From a virus (taxonomy: Duplodnaviria > Caudoviricetes), in IMG/VR virus record IMGVR_UViG_3300032240_000787, positions 1-53,919 of that record: a DNA stretch of 53,919 nucleotides, one strand, 5' to 3'. A model generated the notes under the pieces. It worked only from the letters and a program-made list of their open reading frames with translations, did no database searches and was not told the DNA's origin. Below are positions 47,087 through 53,919 of the stretch, piece after piece. The first letter of the stretch is position 1. Each line of letters begins with the position of its first letter. The position numbers were made by a program, and so were the translations under genes.

Positions 47087-47476
47087 ATGAAAAACGGTCT
47101 GTACGCCAACATCCACGCCAAGCAGGAGCGCATCAAGAATGGCTCCGGCGAGAAGATGCGCAAGCCCGGAACCAAGGGTGCGCCCACCGCCAAGGCTTTC
47201 AAAGAGTCGGCCAAGACCGTCAAAATGAAGGACGGTGGCCCAAGTCTGGCCATTGGTCGTGGCGAGAAGTTGCCTGCAGATCAGGGCGCTGGCTTGACCG
47301 CCAAAGGTCGCGCCAAGTACAACCGCGAGACTGGATCGCACTTGAAGGCTCCACAGCCTGAGGGCGGTGCTCGGCGTGACTCTTTTTGCGCGAGAATGGA
47401 GCCTGTGGCTCAGAAGAGCGAAAAAGGCAGTCGAGCGCGTGCGTCCATGCAGCGTTGGAACTGCCCCGGATGGTAA
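47087..47476 (+). CDS. Fusion of two small basic phage proteins joined at MKDGG
   Basis: GLYANIHAK..KGAPT module, then GLTAKGRAKYN..RRDSFCARM..RWNC module. Confidence 0.7.
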   Translation: MKNGLYANIHAKQERIKNGSGEKMRKPGTKGAPTAKAFKESAKTVKMKDGGPSLAIGRGEKLPADQGAGLTAKGRAKYNRETGSHLKAPQPEGGARRDSFCARMEPVAQKSEKGSRARASMQRWNCPGW

Positions 47477-47485
47477 GGGAACAAC

Positions 47486-48556
47486 ATGGCGTACTCAGGA
47501 ACAGTCGGTCAAACGGTCATCACGGTTCAAAACCTGATTGACAACGGAGCACGCCGGTGCGGAAAGCTGGCGGAAGAACTCACGTCTGAGCAAGTCCTGA
47601 GCGCCAAGCAGTCGCTGTTCTTTGTCTTGAGCAACCTGATCAACCAAGGCATCCAGTACTTCGCCATCAAAAAGCAAGTCTATGGCCTGAACCCTAACCA
47701 GTATGAGTATCTGCTACCCGTGGGTGGCAATGACGTCCTAAATGCCCTCTACCGCTGGATGACAAGGCCTACAGGCTCGTATACGTCATCGGCTGGGGGT
47801 ACGGTGGCCAATGTGGCCGATAGCGACACCACGACCTACTGCCAACAGACCAGCGCCAACGGCAATATCGTGGTTGACTATGGGGCAAACAACCAGTACA
47901 TCGGCTCAATTGGCATCATGCCCTACGTGTCCGGCGGGGGTACGGCCACATGGAGTTACAGCTTCCAGTCATCGCCAGACAACATCAATTGGACAACCCT
48001 GTACACCGCCACCAGCGTGACCGTGACAGACGGCCAGTGGATCTGGCAGGACATCGACCCGGGTGCCAATGTGGAGTTCTACCGCATTGTGGCTTCTGGG
48101 GGCACCACCTTGGCCCTGCGCGAGTGGTACCTTGGGGTGAACTCCACCGAGATCACCATGGCTCGTCTGAACCGAGACGACTACACCAACCTGCCCAACA
48201 AGAACTTCACAGCCAACCAGCCTTTCCAGTTTTGGCTAAACCGCACCATCCCGCAGGCCACCATCACCCTGTGGCCAACGCCCCAGAATGCGTTTTACCA
48301 GATGACCGTGTGGTATTCCAGCCAGATTCAGGACGTCGGCGCTCTGAGCGGCCAATTGGCCATTCCCGACCGCTGGTTGCTGGCCATCCAGAACATGCTG
48401 GCTCACCAGATGAGCCTTGAGTTGCCTGCGGTTGATATGGCTCGGATCCAATACCTTGAGGCTCAGGCCGAGAAGTACTTCATCATGGCCGAGCAGGAAG
48501 AGCGCGACAAGTCACCAATCTACTTCGCACCCAACATCGGCGTGTACACGAGGTAA
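47486..48556 (+). CDS. Head-tail adaptor-like protein with inserted discoidin-like beta domain
   Basis: Helical ends (ARRCG..; AEQEERD), YTNLPNK..P.QFW..R..LWPTP; central FQSS.D.INW. Confidence 0.55.
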   Translation: MAYSGTVGQTVITVQNLIDNGARRCGKLAEELTSEQVLSAKQSLFFVLSNLINQGIQYFAIKKQVYGLNPNQYEYLLPVGGNDVLNALYRWMTRPTGSYTSSAGGTVANVADSDTTTYCQQTSANGNIVVDYGANNQYIGSIGIMPYVSGGGTATWSYSFQSSPDNINWTTLYTATSVTVTDGQWIWQDIDPGANVEFYRIVASGGTTLALREWYLGVNSTEITMARLNRDDYTNLPNKNFTANQPFQFWLNRTIPQATITLWPTPQNAFYQMTVWYSSQIQDVGALSGQLAIPDRWLLAIQNMLAHQMSLELPAVDMARIQYLEAQAEKYFIMAEQEERDKSPIYFAPNIGVYTR

Positions 48557-48559
48557 GCC

Positions 48560-48838
48560 ATGCCACGCTTCCTCAATACCGAAGGCAATGCGTCCATCGC
48601 CATCTTTGTGTGCGACCGATGCAAGATGAAGCGCCCCATCATTGAGGCTATGCCAGACCCCAACTTCCCGGGGCTGAAGGTCTGCCAACAGGGGTGCGCC
48701 GACGACAAGGATCCGTACCGACTTCCAGCGCGTAAAACAGAGCGAATCACGCTCCAATATCCACGCCCGGATGTATCATTGGACGACCTCAGTGGTGCCG
48801 AAATCCCCTATGGTGGGTATGTGGACAAGACCCCTTGA
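48560..48838 (+). CDS. Small Zn-binding virion-module protein
   Basis: CDRC..GLKVC..C.D..DP..PRPD. Confidence 0.7.
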   Translation: MPRFLNTEGNASIAIFVCDRCKMKRPIIEAMPDPNFPGLKVCQQGCADDKDPYRLPARKTERITLQYPRPDVSLDDLSGAEIPYGGYVDKTP

Positions 48839-48862
48839 TGGGCACATTGACAAAGGAAAATC

Positions 48863-49864
48863 ATGGCTCAGATAGGCTACACCCCAATCCAGATTTACTA
48901 CAGTTCCACCACCACCAATGCGCCGGTGGCTGGCAACTTGGCCTATGGTGAGTTGGCCATCAACATCACCGACGGCAAGCTGTTCTACAAGGACAATGCA
49001 AACGCGATTCAGGTGATCGGCTACAAGCTGTGGCCCATGACATCGGTGACCGGCACACTTGCCATCGCCAACGGCGGAACGAACGCCACAACAGCCTCTG
49101 GAGCGCGTACCAGCTTGGGTGCGACCACGGTCGGTAGCAACTTCTTCACGCTGACCAACCCAAGCGCAGTTACCTACCTGCAGGTCAATGCCGACAACAC
49201 AATCACCACAATGAACGCGGCGACGTTCCGCTCGGCGATTGGTGCTGGCACTGGATCTGGATCTGTGACTTCTGTCGGCGGCACGGGCACTGTCAACGGG
49301 ATCACCCTGACAGGCACCGTAACCTCATCGGGCAATTTGACTTTGGGCGGCACCCTGAGCGGTGTCAGCCTGACCACTCAGGTCACTGGAACTTTGCCGG
49401 TGGCCAATGGCGGCACGAACCTAACTTCCTACACCGCAAACGGCATCGTCTATGCATCTGGAATTGGAACTCTGGCGACCAGTTCTTCGTTCACATATGA
49501 CGGAACCAACTTTGCTGTTGGCGGATATATTCGCGGCGCGTCCGTCACCATCACTGGAGCGGCAGGTGGCACGATCACGCCAACTTCTGGCACGACCAAC
49601 CAGTACACCGTCACCGCCTTGGGTGCCGCCGCTACCTTTGCAATCCCTTCTGGAACGCCTATTGATGGCCAGAAGTTGACTTTGCGCATCAAGGACAACG
49701 GCACAGCGCGAGGATTGACATGGACGACATCGGCTGGCGGATATCGAGTTGTTGGTTCTGTTTTGCCCACCACCACGGTCGCAAACAAGACCATTTATGT
49801 CGGCTGTATCTACAACAGTGCTGACAGCTATTGGGATGTCGTGGCGGTTACCCAAGAGGTCTAA
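48863..49864 (+). CDS. Tail fibre protein
   Basis: LAYGELAIN.TDGKLFYKD, TGTL.(I/V)ANGGT repeats, C-terminal GQKL.LRIKD..WDVVAV domain. Confidence 0.75.
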   Translation: MAQIGYTPIQIYYSSTTTNAPVAGNLAYGELAINITDGKLFYKDNANAIQVIGYKLWPMTSVTGTLAIANGGTNATTASGARTSLGATTVGSNFFTLTNPSAVTYLQVNADNTITTMNAATFRSAIGAGTGSGSVTSVGGTGTVNGITLTGTVTSSGNLTLGGTLSGVSLTTQVTGTLPVANGGTNLTSYTANGIVYASGIGTLATSSSFTYDGTNFAVGGYIRGASVTITGAAGGTITPTSGTTNQYTVTALGAAATFAIPSGTPIDGQKLTLRIKDNGTARGLTWTTSAGGYRVVGSVLPTTTVANKTIYVGCIYNSADSYWDVVAVTQEV

Positions 49865-50869
49865 ATGGCAACCAAAACCATATTCATCACCACTACGGGG
49901 ACAAGCACATTCACTGTCCCTTCGGACTTCCTGTCGCTTGTTTCTGTTGAAACAATTGGCGCTGGTGGTGGATCGGCTGCAAACAACCAAGGTGGTGGTG
50001 GTGGAGCGTATGCCGCTTCAACTGCTGTCACTGGGCTTTCCCCCGGTAGCACTGCGTACTACAGTTTGGCTGCTGGTGGCGCAGCCTCTGGAGCAGGTAA
50101 CGCAAACGATACTTGGTTCAACTCTTACGCAAACACCAACCCAACCACTTTCAGCACCACTGGAACCATTGCGGGAACAACACTGACTGTCACCAGTGGT
50201 ACTGGCGTTCAAATTGGTCAAGTAATTACTGGTACAGGCGTTACTGCTGGCACAGTGATTACTGCTGGTTCTGGCCTTTCTTGGACTGTTAGCCCATCTC
50301 AAACTGTTGCATCAACCACCATCAGTTCCACTGGAACCACGCTTGGGGTTTGGGTTAAAGGCGCTCAAAACTCCGGCCCCGGAGGTACACCAAGAGTTGG
50401 CACCACACAATTTAGCGGCGGTGATGGCGGCGCAAAATCAGGTGGTGGCACTTCTTCTGGGGGTGGTGGCGGTGGCGCTGCTGGCCCCGGCGGTGCTGGT
50501 GGCAACGGCGCTGCTGGCGGCGTAAGTATTGGCGGCGGCGGTGGCTCGGGCGCTGGTACATCTTCAGCAGGCGTGGCGGGTTCAGGCTCAACTGGCGGCA
50601 CTGCTCCAACTGGAGGCGGTAACGGCGGCACGGGTACAAATACTGCAAGTTCATCAAACGCTGGCAGTCCCGGCGCTATATGGACTCAAACTTCCAATGG
50701 AGCGACTGCTGGCCCGGGCGGTGGTAGCGGCGGCATTACCAACGGAACAACAGGCGGCAGTGTTGGTTTGTATGGCGCTGGTTCAGGTTCTGGTAACACT
50801 GGCGGTCAGGGCATCATCATCTTCACGTACACCGCCGCAAATGCAGGCAACTTTTTCTTGATGTTTTGA
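49865..50869 (+). CDS. Glycine-rich tail-fibre/adhesin-like protein
   Basis: FTVP..VETIGAGGG, poly-Gly tracts, GGQGIIIFTY. Confidence 0.7.
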   Translation: MATKTIFITTTGTSTFTVPSDFLSLVSVETIGAGGGSAANNQGGGGGAYAASTAVTGLSPGSTAYYSLAAGGAASGAGNANDTWFNSYANTNPTTFSTTGTIAGTTLTVTSGTGVQIGQVITGTGVTAGTVITAGSGLSWTVSPSQTVASTTISSTGTTLGVWVKGAQNSGPGGTPRVGTTQFSGGDGGAKSGGGTSSGGGGGGAAGPGGAGGNGAAGGVSIGGGGGSGAGTSSAGVAGSGSTGGTAPTGGGNGGTGTNTASSSNAGSPGAIWTQTSNGATAGPGGGSGGITNGTTGGSVGLYGAGSGSGNTGGQGIIIFTYTAANAGNFFLMF

Positions 50870-50891
50870 AGAAATTATTGGGGCAGTACAA

Positions 50892-51113
50892 ATGGAAAAT
50901 CAGCAAATTTTTAACATGGTTGTGAGCATTGCGGCATTCTTTGGCGGCTGGGTTCTCAACAACATTACTCGGTCGATTGAGCGTCTGGACAGGGATGTGC
51001 GCAACATGCCCATGAATTACATCTCCAAGTCTGATTACCACCGAGACATCGACGAGATCAAAAACATCTGCAAGCAGATCTTCGACAAACTGGACAACAA
51101 GGCGGACAAGTAA
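50892..51113 (+). CDS. Small membrane protein (holin-region)
   Basis: One N-terminal TM plus coiled coil ending FDKLDNKADK. Confidence 0.65.
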   Translation: MENQQIFNMVVSIAAFFGGWVLNNITRSIERLDRDVRNMPMNYISKSDYHRDIDEIKNICKQIFDKLDNKADK

Positions 51114-51616
51114 TGGAGCCGATTACTACCGCCCTCGCTGCTTTTGCCGCAGTTCAGAAGGCGGTGGAAGTCATCAAAGAGGCCAAAAAAACTGTCACCG
51201 ATGTGGCCAGCCTTGGCCCCATGATTGGCGGCTACTTTGAAGCCAAGCACACAACAGTCAAAGCATTGAAAGAGGCCAAGAAGGCCGGAGGCTCCAACCT
51301 TGGCAAGGCCGTTGAAATCGAACTGGCTTTGCTTGGGCAGGCCGAATTTGAAGAAGAGTTGAAGAATCTGTTCTGGCCGCACTACATGGATGTCTGGGAG
51401 AAGATCCAGCAACGTGTGGCGCAGATGAATCAGGAAGACAAGATCGCCGCCCGTGCAGCCCGTGACAGGGCCAAGCGATTGCAAGAGGAAAAAGACGAGA
51501 TGTTTGAAATCGTCATTGTCGTTCTTGCGATTGTTCTGTTGTTTGGCATGGTCGGCTTTGGCATGTACATGATTTACGACTACCGGCAACCTGTTAAATG
51601 GAGTGCAAAAAAATGA
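51113..51616 (+). CDS. Membrane-anchored hypothetical protein
   Basis: MEPIT start; coiled coil; C-terminal TM. Confidence 0.65.
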   Translation: MEPITTALAAFAAVQKAVEVIKEAKKTVTDVASLGPMIGGYFEAKHTTVKALKEAKKAGGSNLGKAVEIELALLGQAEFEEELKNLFWPHYMDVWEKIQQRVAQMNQEDKIAARAARDRAKRLQEEKDEMFEIVIVVLAIVLLFGMVGFGMYMIYDYRQPVKWSAKK

Positions 51617-51885
51617 ACCAGCCTGAGATCAAAGAAAATTTTCTGTATCACTTTGCCTACCTGTGGTCGGTATCCACAATCGGGTATCTGTTCTTGGTTA
51701 CCTTTGTGACCATCCCGGACAAGAATCAGCGCACGGTGGACACCGCCTTGGGTTTCTTGCTGGGAACAATTATTGCTGGCCTGATCGGGTACTTCTATGG
51801 CTCTAGCCACGGAAGCAAAGAGAAGGACGCAACTCTCAAGGATGTGGTCGAGCATGACTTAGAGGAACGCGATGCCAATCCCTAA
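51613..51885 (+). CDS. Holin-like two-TM protein
   Basis: Two TMs; GYFYGSS.GSKEK; lysis cassette. Confidence 0.7.
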   Translation: MNQPEIKENFLYHFAYLWSVSTIGYLFLVTFVTIPDKNQRTVDTALGFLLGTIIAGLIGYFYGSSHGSKEKDATLKDVVEHDLEERDANP

Positions 51886-52336
51886 CCCGTGGGTCATCCT
51901 CGCTTTTGTGTTGGCGTTGGCTGGCGCTTTCGGATCGGGCTATTGGCGCGGAGGGCACGAAGAGCGCCTCAAACAGCAAGCTGAAATCGCCAAGCTGAAT
52001 GCCGAAGCGCGTGAGGTTGAGCATGTGATGACGGGCAAGGTAAACGCACTGGCCCAAAAACTGGAGCAAGCAAATGAGACTGCCAAAACTGAAAGCGCTA
52101 AACGCAACGCTGCTATTGCCGATGGCACTCTGCGGTTGTCAATCCCCAGCACCGTATGTGCCGCCGCAGGCTCCACCTCTGCCCCCGCAGATAATGAAAC
52201 AAGAGCCTATCTTGACCCAGAGACTGCTCAGGCTCTTGTCGCCATCACCGACGCCGGTGACGAAGCAATCAGGAAACTGAACGCTTGCATCGACACTTAT
52301 GATTCAGTTTTTAATTCACAGAAAGGCCAAAAATGA
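51872..52336 (+). CDS. Rz: Rz-like inner-membrane spanin
   Basis: N-terminal TM, coiled coil, G.LRLSI, GDEAIRKLNAC..Y. Confidence 0.85.
   Translation: MPIPNPWVILAFVLALAGAFGSGYWRGGHEERLKQQAEIAKLNAEAREVEHVMTGKVNALAQKLEQANETAKTESAKRNAAIADGTLRLSIPSTVCAAAGSTSAPADNETRAYLDPETAQALVAITDAGDEAIRKLNACIDTYDSVFNSQKGQK
52074..52280 (+). CDS. Rz1: Rz1-like outer-membrane lipoprotein spanin embedded in Rz
   Basis: Signal peptide with ALCGC lipobox, Pro-rich mature part, alternative frame inside Rz. Confidence 0.75.
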   Translation: MRLPKLKALNATLLLPMALCGCQSPAPYVPPQAPPLPPQIMKQEPILTQRLLRLLSPSPTPVTKQSGN

Positions 52337-52860
52337 AAGACAACTGGACAAAATCCTGCGACTTGGTCATTGAGTCTGAGGGCGGCTACAAGCTAACCAC
52401 GATCCCCGGCGACCTTGGTGGCCAGACTTATGCTGGCATCGCCCGTGTTCCCAACCCCCACTGGGAAGGCTGGGCACTGATTGACAAGGGCGACATGCCG
52501 CCCAAGGAGATGGTTTGGGCTTTCTACAAAACCCAAGTCTGGGACAAAGTGCGCGGTGATGAACTGCCGGTGGGCGTGGACTATATGGTGTACGACTTTG
52601 CGGTCAATGCAGGCATCTCCAGAGCCGTCAAAACGCTCCAGCAGGCCGTCGGAGCGGTCGCCGATGGGGCACTAGGCCCAGCCACGCTCAAGGCCATTGA
52701 AGGCTATCCTGCCGAGGAACTGATCAAGAAGTACAGCGAGGTCAAAGAGGCGTTCTACCATGGCATCGTGGCCTCCAAGCCCGAGCAAGTGAAGTTTCTC
52801 AAGGGCTGGCTGAACCGAGTGGCTCATGTAGGGATCGTGGCCGACACCATGCTGGCCTAA
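52333..52860 (+). CDS. Endolysin, GH108 lysozyme with C-terminal peptidoglycan-binding domain
   Basis: EGGY..D.GGQT.AGI, YDFAVNAG, DGALGP.T, KFLKGWLNR. Confidence 0.92.
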   Translation: MKDNWTKSCDLVIESEGGYKLTTIPGDLGGQTYAGIARVPNPHWEGWALIDKGDMPPKEMVWAFYKTQVWDKVRGDELPVGVDYMVYDFAVNAGISRAVKTLQQAVGAVADGALGPATLKAIEGYPAEELIKKYSEVKEAFYHGIVASKPEQVKFLKGWLNRVAHVGIVADTMLA

Positions 52861-52914
52861 AACCCTATCCATTTGGCCCGGTCGGTGGGACAATACTGAC
52901 AACTGAGGACTGAA

Positions 52915-53556
52915 ATGACGACCACAAACTCATGGGTCATGACTTACGACTCGCTGACAAGTTCGGTGCTCCAGTATCTGGAGCGCTCGGACACGGCTGT
53001 GGTCAACGCCATCCCCACCTTCATCACCCTGTGCGAGTTTGAGATCGCCCAGAACATCAAGACGCTTGGCCAGATGGAGGTCTTGGACTCCACCATGCAG
53101 ATCAACAACCCGATCATTCCCAAGCCTGCTCGGTGGCGCAAAACAACCTCAATGACGCTGACAAACAGTGGAAGCAAACAGCCCATGTTCGTGCGCAAAC
53201 TGGAGTACCTGAACAACTATGCTCAGGACGTCACGGCCACAGGCATCCCGCTGTATTACGCAGACTACGACTTTGACCATTGGCTGGTGGCCCCGACCCC
53301 GGACAAGGCATATGCTTTTGAGGCGTTGTGCTACACCCGCCTCCAGCCCCTGTCATCAACCAATCAGACCAACTGGCTGACCCAGAATGCGCCTAACGCC
53401 ATGCTGTTTGGCACGCTCAAGCAGACCGCGCCATTCCTGAAGAACGACGCCCGTCTGGCGCTGTGGAAGCAGATGTTTGATGAGTCGCTAGCCGCTTTGA
53501 AAACCGAGGACACTCTGCGCATTGCAGACCGTTCTGCTGTTGCTGTGGATAACTGA
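52915..53556 (+). CDS. Tail tubular protein A / adaptor-like protein
   Basis: MTYDSL..YLER.D..IP.FI..E; P.YYA..VAPTPD; TNWLT..AP..L.GTL. Confidence 0.65.
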   Translation: MTTTNSWVMTYDSLTSSVLQYLERSDTAVVNAIPTFITLCEFEIAQNIKTLGQMEVLDSTMQINNPIIPKPARWRKTTSMTLTNSGSKQPMFVRKLEYLNNYAQDVTATGIPLYYADYDFDHWLVAPTPDKAYAFEALCYTRLQPLSSTNQTNWLTQNAPNAMLFGTLKQTAPFLKNDARLALWKQMFDESLAALKTEDTLRIADRSAVAVDN

Positions 53557-53558
53557 TC

Positions 53559-53919
53559 ATGACTACATACACCAACCCCTTCACTGGCCAGACCATCAAC
53601 CCATCGGCAGTTGGGTATCAGTCTCTGTCCCTGACAGCAAACACTGTCTTGCAGTGGCCCATCAACGGCATCACAGGCACCCCGGCCAGCAACATCATTG
53701 ATGTGACAGCCACTTCGTCTGGCACAGGCACGGGGTGGCTCTTGGAGTTGCCACCGGCCCCACAGGTGTCCACGGGCCAGTCATTGATTGTGCGCAACAT
53801 TGGGTCAAACACCTTCACGGTGACCGACACATCGGGCAACACCATTGTGGCTGTGACTTCCGGGGTGGCCGAGTTCATCTTTTTGACCGACAACAGCACC
53901 ACCAACGGCACATGGGCCA
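53559..53919 (+). CDS. N-terminal part of a tail structural protein, open at the window end (continues at base 1)
   Basis: MTTYTNPFTGQTINPS..TDNSTTNGTWA, 120 codons plus 1 base without a stop. Confidence 0.8.
   Translation, partial: MTTYTNPFTGQTINPSAVGYQSLSLTANTVLQWPINGITGTPASNIIDVTATSSGTGTGWLLELPPAPQVSTGQSLIVRNIGSNTFTVTDTSGNTIVAVTSGVAEFIFLTDNSTTNGTWA

Noticed and set aside
48863-50869. Diversity-generating retroelement or invertible tail-fibre system
   Set aside because: No reverse transcriptase, invertase or TR/VR repeat pair seen.
49865-50869. GG-rich tracts in the Gly-rich fibre as part of the xxxGG system
   Set aside because: Poly-Gly structural repeats without the aromatic/Met/Lys residue at -5 and the basic context of the motif.

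Overview
The window looks like a complete or near-complete, circularly permuted ~54 kb tailed dsDNA phage genome with podovirus-like organisation. The open reading frame running off the 3' end (53559-53919) joins in frame to the one entering at base 1. Module order: tail nozzle and ejection proteins (1-11.3 kb); a short leftward recombination/SSB operon (11.4-13.8 kb); Cro-like, ParB-like, SF2 helicase and TOPRIM primase genes (13.9-17.5 kb); a structured non-coding region with an orphan low-complexity gene (17.5-19.2 kb); RuvC, a Ref-like nuclease, a C5 DNA methyltransferase and many small ORFs (19.2-26.4 kb); TerS/TerL, a ~1,900-aa polyvalent protein, portal, GroES, scaffold and major capsid (26.5-40.8 kb); head/tail accessory proteins, tail fibres and a holin/spanin/GH108 lysis cassette (40.8-53.9 kb). 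I see no integrase, CI, DNA polymerase, tRNA or CRISPR. Spanins imply a Gram-negative host; a betaproteobacterial host is only an inference from small-ORF motifs. Most notable: (1) a [FYMKL]-x-x-G-G motif recurs about 25 times in five late proteins, often at apparent domain boundaries, suggesting a polyprotein-processing or virion-cargo system; (2) five copies of a 17-bp palindrome behave like parS sites for a ParA-less ParB; (3) two unrelated-sequence RNA leaders share one kissing-loop/terminator architecture; (4) a promoter-driven, highly structured ~420-nt non-coding region. All functional calls come from reading motifs by eye, not from database searches.
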